Shown: positions 1-9,300 of the stretch, piece after piece
Position numbering within the stretch: the first letter of the stretch is position 1
Layout of the letters: each line of letters opens with the position of its first letter
IMG/VR virus record: IMGVR_UViG_3300032330_001807
Coordinates: 1-28,842 of that record
From: a virus
Lineage: Duplodnaviria; Caudoviricetes
DNA: 28,842 nucleotides
Direction: 5' to 3' (one strand)
The notes under the pieces: generated by a model
Databases searched by the model: none
Told to the model about the DNA's origin: nothing
The model's input: the letters and a program-made list of their open reading frames with translations, nothing else
Translations under genes and position numbers: made by a program

Positions 1-375
1 CAAGGCCCTAGAGGTAAAACAATATTAAATGGTAGTGGCGTTCCTGCAGAAAATCTAGGCCTTGAAGGAGATTTTTATTACGACAAGGTAACAACAAGAT
101 TTTATGGCCCAAAAACAACAGATGTAACATGGGTCGGAGCAACTAGTTTTCTTTTAACTACAAGCACTATTACTTATCCATTTTCAATTGGTCAAGTCAC
201 AAATCAAGGATCCTACTGGGCTCTTGAAATAACTCATAATATGGGGTATAACCCAAATGTAACTGTTAAAAATAGCGCAGGAGATATATTAGAAACTGGA
301 ATAGACTATAATAGTATTAACAAAATAACACTGACAATGGCTCAACCATTCGGTGGGATAGCTTACCTATCCTAA
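1..375 (+). CDS. 3' part of a virion structural/fibre protein (5'-truncated by window)
   Basis: Frame 1 is open from base 1 to TAA 373-375: QGPRGKTILNGSGVP...GDFYYD...ITHNMGYNPNVTVKNSAGDILETGIDYNSINKITLTMAQPFGGIAYLS. Starts with a collagen-like QGPRG and ends with a 'THNxG' small beta domain like that of the next gene. Not in the ORF track because it lacks a start. Confidence 0.85.
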   Translation, partial: QGPRGKTILNGSGVPAENLGLEGDFYYDKVTTRFYGPKTTDVTWVGATSFLLTTSTITYPFSIGQVTNQGSYWALEITHNMGYNPNVTVKNSAGDILETGIDYNSINKITLTMAQPFGGIAYLS

Positions 376-380
376 AGGAG
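374..380 (+). promoter_or_regulatory. Shine-Dalgarno (AAAGGAG) for the 389 gene
   Basis: AAAGGAG ends 8 nt before ATG 389 and overlaps the upstream stop. Confidence 0.8.
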
Positions 381-388
381 AATAGAAA

Positions 389-1702
389 ATGGCAAGATTA
401 TTTGTAACTGATATCAATCTTAATAAGAATGAGCTTCAGAATGCCAGAATTCAGGGATTGAGCACAGCTCCATCGGCACCTGTATCTGGACAGATTTATT
501 ACAACAACTCAGACAATGTGATGTACTACTACAATGGACTTACATCACCAAATGGCCCATGGATGCCAATGTCTGGTTCTACAGAAGTTATTCAAGATGT
601 AATTGGATCAACAATTGTTGGCGGAACAGGTATTACAGCAACCTACGGAGACCCAGCTGGTACTGAAACAATTTCTATTACAAATACTGGAGTAACTGCA
701 GGTTCTTATGGATCGCAAACAGCAATTCCAACATTTACAGTTAACGCTCAAGGTCAATTAACTGCAGCAGGAACAGTAACAGTAGCAACTGTACTTTCTA
801 TTGCTGGAGAAACTGGCACAGATACAGTAAATCTCCTTACAGATACATTAACTGTAACAGGAGATGCCGCAATTGATACAGCGGTAACAAATAATACTAT
901 TACCATTACTGCAAAAGATGCAACTTCATCAGTAAAGGGTGTTGCTTCATTTGATTCAACAGACTTTACAGTAACAGCAGGAGCAGTAACACTTAATAAA
1001 GATCCAGTAATTACTCTTACAGGAGATGTAACTGGTTCTGGCACAATGACAAATCTTGGCAGTGTTTCAATTGCCACAACAGTACAGCCAAACTCTGTAG
1101 CACTTGGAACAGATACAACTGGCGATTATGTACAAAACATTTTAGGTACAACAAATGAAGTAACTGTTAGCCCAACATCTGGAGAAGGAACTACAGTAAC
1201 AATTGGTCTTCCAGATGATGTAACTGTTACTAACAACTTGACAGTTGGTGGAAACCTCAATGTAACAGGAACAATTAACTCAGTAAATACCACTCAGGTA
1301 AATATTGTTGATAATAAGATTAATCTTAATACCGACTTTACAGGAACTCCAACAGTAGATGCTGGAGTAAGAGTAGAGCGTGGTACGTCTTCAGACGTAG
1401 AAATCCTATGGAGAGAATCAGCAGGCTCAAACCAAGCTGCAACAACATGGGGACTTACAAATGATGGCACTAACTACCACTCAATTGCAAGAAAGTATAC
1501 AACAACAGTAGGAAATGGATCTTTAACACAGGTACCCGTTACACATAATTTAGGTACACGGGTTGTTACAGTTCAGGTTTTTGACACTTCAACATTTGAT
1601 ACAGTAGAATGCGACGTGGTAAGAACTTCAACTTCTGTTGTAACACTAGGATTCACAGTCGCACCTGCAGCTGGAGCATATACGGTAGTAATCGTAGGAT
1701 AA
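389..1702 (+). CDS. Virion fibre protein, 437 aa (Thr/Gly/Val-rich beta shaft, C-terminal THNLG domain)
   Basis: Strong SD. Contains phage fibre motifs (P..GQIYYN, GVTAGSYGS..IPTFTVNAQGQLT, ITLTGDVTGSG, GNLNVTGT...IVDNKINLN) and a C-terminal VTHNLGTR..VQVFD domain. Confidence 0.8.
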   Translation: MARLFVTDINLNKNELQNARIQGLSTAPSAPVSGQIYYNNSDNVMYYYNGLTSPNGPWMPMSGSTEVIQDVIGSTIVGGTGITATYGDPAGTETISITNTGVTAGSYGSQTAIPTFTVNAQGQLTAAGTVTVATVLSIAGETGTDTVNLLTDTLTVTGDAAIDTAVTNNTITITAKDATSSVKGVASFDSTDFTVTAGAVTLNKDPVITLTGDVTGSGTMTNLGSVSIATTVQPNSVALGTDTTGDYVQNILGTTNEVTVSPTSGEGTTVTIGLPDDVTVTNNLTVGGNLNVTGTINSVNTTQVNIVDNKINLNTDFTGTPTVDAGVRVERGTSSDVEILWRESAGSNQAATTWGLTNDGTNYHSIARKYTTTVGNGSLTQVPVTHNLGTRVVTVQVFDTSTFDTVECDVVRTSTSVVTLGFTVAPAAGAYTVVIVG

Positions 1703-1713
1703 GGGGGCAGTAG

Positions 1714-1956
1714 ATGTCTGTAAAAAGATTAGTCCCTCTTAATGCAGTAGAATTATCCACAGACCCAACGGGTGCACGTCGTGGAGATATTTATTATAAT
1801 ACTACAGCAACAGAACTTCGTGTATACGATGGGACAACATGGACACCAATAGCAGGTGAGTTAGCCGATCATCTTCATACATACGACGGTGCAATTTATT
1901 CAGTCGGTAATATAACCTATCCAATGGACCCTGTAATTGATGGCGGCACTCCATAA
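1714..1956 (+). CDS. Small fibre-associated/adaptor protein, 80 aa
   Basis: DP..ARRGDIYYNTTATELRVYDGTTW motif resembles the N-terminus of the 389 protein. Ends IDGGTP. Stop overlaps the next start (TAATG). Confidence 0.75.
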   Translation: MSVKRLVPLNAVELSTDPTGARRGDIYYNTTATELRVYDGTTWTPIAGELADHLHTYDGAIYSVGNITYPMDPVIDGGTP

Positions 1957-4900
1957 TGGCTATTAATTACCCTAACTCATTAGATAACTTTACAAATCCA
2001 ACTTCTTCCAGCCCAATAAATAGTCCATCTCATTCAGAGCAACATGCAAATGCTAATGATGCAATTGAAGCTATTGAGGGTGAATTAGGAACTAATCCAA
2101 AGGGTGCAAAAGCAACAGTTAAAGCTCGTCTTGATGATGTAGACACTGCAATTGCTACCAAAGCACCTATTGCTTCCCCCACTTTTACTGGCACAGTAAC
2201 CATACCATTGGGTTCTTCAATTTCTGGAATTCCATATCTTGCTACCGCTAATACATTTACTGGTGGTATTCAACAAATCAATACATTATCTGCATCTACA
2301 AAAGGATTAATTATTAAAGGAAGTTTATCTCAATCAGCTAATCTTCAAGAATGGCAAACTAGCACAGGTGCTTTAGTTGGTTGGGTTGATGGCAATGGAT
2401 CTGCATTTTTTAATAGTAATTTTCAAATAAATGGTGTTTCTGCAATAGGAACTTCACCTCAATCAACTTCTCAGCTTATAGTAAAAAATAATTCTGCATC
2501 AAGAATTGGATTAGTAGTTCAGGCCACATCTTCGCAATCAGCTAATCTTCAAGAATGGCAAAATTCATCAGGCGGAGGACTAGCTCTTATAGATCAATAT
2601 GGAAACCTTGTTGCTCAAGGAATTCACACGTACTATGCTGCAATATTTCAAGAATCAGATCCAGCGCTTACTCCAGTTACAGTGCAGGGTGCGCCATCAC
2701 AAACTGCAAATCTTCAAAGTTGGCAAGATAGCTCATACACAACATTATCATCAATTAGTTCATCAGGAGTTATTTCTGGCAGAGGATTATTGATATCTAC
2801 TTCAACAAATACAACAAACGCTGGAACATTTTATAACGCAGCGGGAACACCAGTATTTAATGTTGATACATCTCTTAATGCAATTAATATTGGAGGCGGA
2901 CTTAGCGGTGTAGCAAATAATTTTGCATCAACTTGGGGTTATGACAGTGGATTAAATGCTGGGTACATGACATTTACAACTGGAGCGCTGGGATCAGATT
3001 CTCTTGCAATTAGAAGAACAAATCATGTTGCTTCTGGCGATTATACAATATCAACACTGGGCAATTTTAGACTTAGCACAGCAAGTGGTAAAAACTTTAA
3101 CTTTAATAATGGAAACATTGGAATTGCAACCACAGCAATTGGAACAAATAATAAGATAATTGTTAATCCTTATTCTACAGTTGACAACCTAGCAACAGTT
3201 CAAATAAATACAAATGCTGCTACCAATAAGGGGCTAGTTGTTCAAGGTTTTACATCACAAACAGCCAATTTACAGGAATGGCAAGACAGTTCAGGAAATA
3301 TTCTTGCAACAATTACAACCGCGGGCAGTTTAAGTCTTGCAGCAGGCAAACAAGTTATTTTTGCAAACTACATCGGCACAAAAATAAATCTTGGGTATGG
3401 TGGAAATTATCAAATAGGTGTTGATGATTGGACCATTGCATTACAAGCTGAGAACAGTACAAACATAGGAAAAGTTGCAATTCGTCCCGCAGGAGCAACA
3501 TATGGAGCTTATTATGTTAATCCTATTGAGCTATATGCTAACGGTGCAATTAAACAAAATTTGACAGTTGCTTCTAATGTTGGACTAATAATTAAAGCTG
3601 CTCCTTCACAAACCGCAAACTTTCAGGAATGGCAGAACTCTGCAGGTACTGTTCTTGCTTATATAGATAAAGATGGACAAATATTAACCCCTAGAGTTAA
3701 TCTTCCAACAAATGGTTTAATTGTTGAAGGTGGTACTGGCCCATATATTCAAATGGGTTCATCTGCAACATATCTATATACTAGATCTGCAAGTAATAAA
3801 GGTTTAGTAATTCAAGGATCAGTTTCTCAAACCGCCAACCTACAAGAATGGCAGGACTCTTCTGGAACAGCATTATCTTATGTTAAACCAGATGGCACAC
3901 TGTACATAGTTGGAAATTCAAACGCTTCATGGATATCTGGCCCCGCAACGTCTGGAACAAATAAAATAACCGCTAATGGAAACGATTTAGCTTTTTCTCC
4001 ATATTTTGATGGTTTATTTGCACCAGCATATCAATACGGAAGATGGAGACCAGTAAATGATGCAACATCAGATCTAGGTACTTCTGGACAAAGATGGAAA
4101 GATGTATATGCTACTTCAGCCGTATTAAATAATAATTCAATTTCAAAAGTTGGTTTAATTGTTCAGGCAATAGCATCTCAAACTGCCGACCTTCAGCAAT
4201 GGCAAAGCTCTGCTGGAGCAGCATTATCTAGAATTGCCCCTAAAGGCAATGTTTATATAGGAGCAACACAAGCTGGTTTAAGTGGTCAAATAAATGGAGT
4301 TGGTACAGTAACTCAAAATACTTCTCCGTTATTAGTTCGTGGAACCGCTTCAGGGCAAAATCTTATTGAACTTTGGGCATATGGAAAAGATGCTTTTATT
4401 ACTGGTGCTGTAGGAAATGGAACTTCTGTAACATATACAACATCAATTGCACATGGTTTTACAACATCTGATTATGTTATTATTAATGGAATTGCTCAAT
4501 CTGGCGGATCTGGAAACTTAAATATTGCAGGTGGGACGGGAGTTTCTGCAGTAACTACATATACATTTACGGTACCAAATACATCAACACAAACATATAC
4601 TTCAGGCGGGTATGTAAGAAATGCAGAATATCCGTCTAACATACTACAAGCATATAGATCAGACGGAATGTCACTATTTACCATTGGCGGATCGGGCGGA
4701 TTTGCAATGGCAGATGTTATGTCTGTTGCAAATGTTGGATATCAAGAAGCAGGATTATCAATTCAACCTAATTTAACCTCTTCCGCCGCAATAAGAGCGT
4801 ATGGAAGATCTGCACAATCCGCAGAAATTTTAGATATTAGAAATTATATTTATAAGTCTGGTGGTTCAAATTCTATATTTGCAATAGTTCCAGATTATTC

Positions 4901-6320
4901 AGTATCTGCTAATGCTGATGGATATGGCGCATGGGTACGCATGAGAAATGCTGCAACCCCTACAGTTAATCCGACATCCGCTGGATATTTGTATGTAGGA
5001 TCTGGCGCATTAAATTATATGGGTACTTCAAATGTTCCTCAACAAATTGTGGGAGCAGATGGATCAGTTAAATTTACATCTGTTGCATCATCTACAGTTG
5101 GTTTAATAATCAAAGGCGCAGCCTCCCAAACTGCAAACCTACAAGAGTGGCAGAATAGCAATGGGACAACACTATCTTTAATAAAGAACGATGGAAGACT
5201 GTGGATACAAACAAATACTGAATTATATGCAACTTTACAAGCAACTGCATATAGTGCGGGCGCTCATGCGGCAAGATTACGAGGAGCGGGCGGTGCATCT
5301 GTTGTAAGGTTAGAAACTACAGCATCAAATACAATTGGTATTGAAGTTATAGGTGCATCAGGAGGTCAAACTGCTAACTTACAAGAATGGCAGTCAGAAC
5401 CAGGTACCGTAAGAAGCGCCGTAAATGCAAACGGATTTATTATTGCTGGAAATAGCACAGCAATTAGTAATGCAATTTTTTCAGCGCAAACTTATGGAGC
5501 ATCACAAGTCGGTATTGCGGTTCGAGGCGCAGCCTCACAAACCGCCAACTTACAAGAGTGGCAAAACTCTGCGGGCACTGTGCTTGCTAAAATTTCTTCT
5601 GATGGAACAATAACTGCAGGAAATATTACATCTACAGCATACGCATTTTTAACAGGAACAACATACGCATATAATATTGCATCCGCCGCAGATTATGGCG
5701 CAACAATGATACAGTTTAATAGTGGAAAAAACCTTGCCATTACAGCAAGCACAACTATTGCCTCACAATCTGCTGGGATACCAGCATTATCAATAACTGG
5801 CCCATCTTCTCCTACTACAAATATACAAGAGTGGAAAAACTCAAGCGGAACAGTTATGGCAAGAATTAATTCAGCTTACATACTTGAAGCATATAACGGA
5901 GTTTATTCCTATCAGTTAGGCTCATCTACTGACGGTAGTATTGTTGCAAATATGAGTGCAAATGGAAGTATAGCATTTGCAGGAACAGTAGCTATTCCTA
6001 CGATAAAAAGCTCTGTGCTATCTACAATTTCTGCAAATACCGCCACAACTGTTGATACAGTAGCACTTTCATCATTTACTACAATAGAATATACACTTTC
6101 AATTAAACAAGGTTCAAAAGTTAGAAGCTCAAAGGTTCTTGTCCACACCGACGGAACTTCAATAGACTCTACAGAATACGGAATTATGGAAATGGGGGGA
6201 GGAATCACAGGAATCCTAGTAACAGCATCAGTATCTAGTACAAATAGCATACTTCAAGTAACAATTACAGATGCAGCTACTACAAATGCCACAGTTAAGC
6301 TAATTAAAACAATGTTATAA
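1956..6320 (+). CDS. Long modular fibre protein A, 1454 aa, with 11 clear plus ~2 degenerate SQTANLQEWQNS repeats
   Basis: N-terminal anchor (NYPNSLD...HANANDAIEAIE) and KAPIASPTFTG fibre motif, then repeats, an inserted beta domain at ~4386-4619, and a C-terminal ~95-aa beta-sandwich (TTVDT...EYG...VKLIKTML). Confidence 0.85.
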   Translation: MAINYPNSLDNFTNPTSSSPINSPSHSEQHANANDAIEAIEGELGTNPKGAKATVKARLDDVDTAIATKAPIASPTFTGTVTIPLGSSISGIPYLATANTFTGGIQQINTLSASTKGLIIKGSLSQSANLQEWQTSTGALVGWVDGNGSAFFNSNFQINGVSAIGTSPQSTSQLIVKNNSASRIGLVVQATSSQSANLQEWQNSSGGGLALIDQYGNLVAQGIHTYYAAIFQESDPALTPVTVQGAPSQTANLQSWQDSSYTTLSSISSSGVISGRGLLISTSTNTTNAGTFYNAAGTPVFNVDTSLNAINIGGGLSGVANNFASTWGYDSGLNAGYMTFTTGALGSDSLAIRRTNHVASGDYTISTLGNFRLSTASGKNFNFNNGNIGIATTAIGTNNKIIVNPYSTVDNLATVQINTNAATNKGLVVQGFTSQTANLQEWQDSSGNILATITTAGSLSLAAGKQVIFANYIGTKINLGYGGNYQIGVDDWTIALQAENSTNIGKVAIRPAGATYGAYYVNPIELYANGAIKQNLTVASNVGLIIKAAPSQTANFQEWQNSAGTVLAYIDKDGQILTPRVNLPTNGLIVEGGTGPYIQMGSSATYLYTRSASNKGLVIQGSVSQTANLQEWQDSSGTALSYVKPDGTLYIVGNSNASWISGPATSGTNKITANGNDLAFSPYFDGLFAPAYQYGRWRPVNDATSDLGTSGQRWKDVYATSAVLNNNSISKVGLIVQAIASQTADLQQWQSSAGAALSRIAPKGNVYIGATQAGLSGQINGVGTVTQNTSPLLVRGTASGQNLIELWAYGKDAFITGAVGNGTSVTYTTSIAHGFTTSDYVIINGIAQSGGSGNLNIAGGTGVSAVTTYTFTVPNTSTQTYTSGGYVRNAEYPSNILQAYRSDGMSLFTIGGSGGFAMADVMSVANVGYQEAGLSIQPNLTSSAAIRAYGRSAQSAEILDIRNYIYKSGGSNSIFAIVPDYSVSANADGYGAWVRMRNAATPTVNPTSAGYLYVGSGALNYMGTSNVPQQIVGADGSVKFTSVASSTVGLIIKGAASQTANLQEWQNSNGTTLSLIKNDGRLWIQTNTELYATLQATAYSAGAHAARLRGAGGASVVRLETTASNTIGIEVIGASGGQTANLQEWQSEPGTVRSAVNANGFIIAGNSTAISNAIFSAQTYGASQVGIAVRGAASQTANLQEWQNSAGTVLAKISSDGTITAGNITSTAYAFLTGTTYAYNIASAADYGATMIQFNSGKNLAITASTTIASQSAGIPALSITGPSSPTTNIQEWKNSSGTVMARINSAYILEAYNGVYSYQLGSSTDGSIVANMSANGSIAFAGTVAIPTIKSSVLSTISANTATTVDTVALSSFTTIEYTLSIKQGSKVRSSKVLVHTDGTSIDSTEYGIMEMGGGITGILVTASVSSTNSILQVTITDAATTNATVKLIKTML

Positions 6321-6321
6321 T
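6313..6321 (+). promoter_or_regulatory. Extended -10 promoter (TGTTATAAT)
   Basis: TGnTATAAT overlaps the last codons and stop of fibre A, upstream of the 6355 gene. No clear -35. Confidence 0.55.
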
Positions 6322-6354
6322 TAAGCTATATATTATGGGGAAATGTGAACCAAT

Positions 6355-9300
6355 ATGAGCGATAAAAATTTTAAAGTAAAAAATGGTATAGATGCCGTTG
6401 GGCCTATAACTATATCTCCGTCAAGTAATTCCATAGATGGCATAGTAATTAATACACCAATAGGCGGAAAAGCAATTCGTTTTATACGTGTTGGAACTGG
6501 TGAAGTAGGATCGATAGATGAATGGGGAACGTTAGTTGTTTCTGGCGGAATTCAAGTTGTTCAGCCTTGGTATGTTAGAACTCCAGGACTAGAAGCACAG
6601 TCTCATTTTTGGACTGCAGATTATAGATCAGCAGCAGGCTTTGGTGGAACTTCAACAGGAACTAATCCAGTAATATACATATCTTCATGGAGCGGAGGAA
6701 CTAATGATTTAACACAATGGATAACTCCAAACAATACAATACTTGCCAAAGTAGACTACCTTGGAAATATAACTGCAAGAGATTTGACGCTATCTGGAAA
6801 TTTAACTGTAAACGGAACCACTACAAATCTTAATTCTACTAATCTTATTATAGAAGATAAGAATATTATTATTGCTGATGTTGCTACACCTACTGATACC
6901 ACCGCCGATGGGGCGGGAATTACAATAAAAGGTGCTACAGATAAAACATTTAACTGGGTACAATCAACTGGAAGATTTACATCATCAGAACCAGTTCAAT
7001 CCTCAGCATTTGTTTCAACATATATTTATGCTTCTCAAATAGGAAGCACAGTAATTGGAACTGCAACACTAAATACAAATTCAGATACGGGTGGGCTTTT
7101 AATAAATACTGCTGGTGCAGCAAATAAAGGATTAATTTTAAGAAGTGCAGCATCTGCAACTGCAAACCTACAAGAATGGCAAAGATCAGATGGAACATAT
7201 GATTTAGCATTTAATAACGGCTCAGGTTCATTAAATAAACTTGTTTTTACAGATGCAAGAGCATGGGGAATTTATTGGGGGGCGGAACCTCTTCTAAATA
7301 CATCTACTGGGTATTTAATTGTCAAGTCCTGGTCCGAAGATAGACCAGCATTTGTTGTAAGAGCAAAAGCAGGGCAGTCAAATGCTTTGCAAATTTGGCA
7401 AGATTCATCTGGCGGAACTAAATCATATGTTGATCAAGATGGAGTTATTTATGCAAGTAGCGGACTAATAACTGGAACAGCATCGGCTCATATTGGAACA
7501 TACCGTCCAAATATTAAGCTTAATATAAATAATAATGATGCTGGATATAACCCTCTTAGCATTAAAGGTGCAGCAAGCCAGACATCAGATTATTTATACA
7601 TAGCAAACTCTGCAGGATCTTTTATAGCATCTATATCATCTTCTGGACAATTTATATCTGCAGCAAAGTCATTAAATCTTGATAGTGGAAATTTATCATT
7701 TGGTTATGGAGGCGGTGGAAGTTCTGGAAATCTTGCAATAGGTACATATGCATTAAATTCCAATACAACTGGTAATGTAAACCTAGCTTTAGGAGCATAT
7801 GCATTACAAAATAATACTACTGGTGGATACAATGTAGCAATTGGAACTGGTTCATTATATTACAATGTCTCTGGAGCTGGCAACACAGCAATTGGTTCAG
7901 TAGCTCTTCAAAACAATTTAACTAATGACCAAACAGCAATAGGAATCGGATCATTGTTTAGTGCAACAACTGGATCTGCAAATACGGGTCTTGGTTCAAG
8001 TGCATTAAATAAAGTAACAACAGGTGGTTTAAATACAGCAGTTGGTCGCCTATCTGGATATAAACTTACATCAGGAAATGCAAATACTGTTATTGGTTCA
8101 TATGCAATGTACAACGGAGATACAGAAGTTTCAACTGGCTCTAATAATACTGTAATTGGATATGAATCTGGTGCAGCAAACCTAGGCTCTGGAAATGTAT
8201 TTATAGGATTTCAATCTGCAAAAAATGAAACGGGAAGCGATAAACTTTATATAGCTAATTCATCTACTTCAACACCGCTCATAGGCGGAGATTTTTCTGC
8301 AGGTACATTATCTTTATCCGCTAATACATTTATAACTGCTAAGTCTACAAGCGTAGCCCCATTAATTGTTAAATATATCACAGGACAATCTGGAAACATT
8401 CAAGAGTGGCGTAATGAAGTTAATGGAGTAATGAGCTATATAAATGTTTATGGAAGTTTCTTTACATCAAATAATGTTGGCGGGTCATCTGGTTCATTTG
8501 GCCCAAGTATAGTTGGAAACCCATCAGGAGTTGTTTTAACTTCCCAAGGAATGGCGGGACAAACTGGAGACTTACAACAATGGAAAAATTCAAATGGCAC
8601 TGTATTAGCTTCAATAAATTCAGATGGCAGTTTTGCACTTTCTAGAAGTCAATATACAAGCGCATCTTTAGGAGTTTGGGCCTCAGTAAATTCAGATCCA
8701 AGTGGAGGTAACTCTGGAATTGGTTTAGTAATTAAAACTTATAACGCAACAAGTAGGGGCATTGGAATTTTTGGTTCTGCTTCTCAAACTGCTGATTTAC
8801 AACAATGGGGTAATTCCGCTGGTACAGTACTGGCATATGTAAATTCAGAAGGTAGCATTTATTCTGGAAATAGAGTTGTTTCACCAGGAGATTTTGAAGG
8901 AAGAAGTAATTCATTTTTAGGAAGTCCATCTTTTAATTTAGCAACATTAAATATAAGTACTAGAGCTACAAATCAATCAGGTATTGTTGTTCGTGGCTAC
9001 GCCTCCCAAACTGCCAATCTTCAAGAATGGCAGAATTCTTCAGGCACCGTTCTTGCAAATATTGCATCAACAGGACAAATTAATGCTGGTGCTGGGTTGT
9101 ATTCGGATTGGGCTGGTATTGGAACAGCAAGAATTGGAGCAGCGCATCTTTCAGTTGCAACTCAATATCTTGGAAATGTTGGTTTAATTGTCAAGGGTTC
9201 AGCCTCACAGAGTGCTGATTATTTTCAAATCCAAACCTCTGGCGGAACAGTTGTAGTCAGTGCTGACGCATCAAATAGCCTTGCAGTTCCTTACGGTCAA

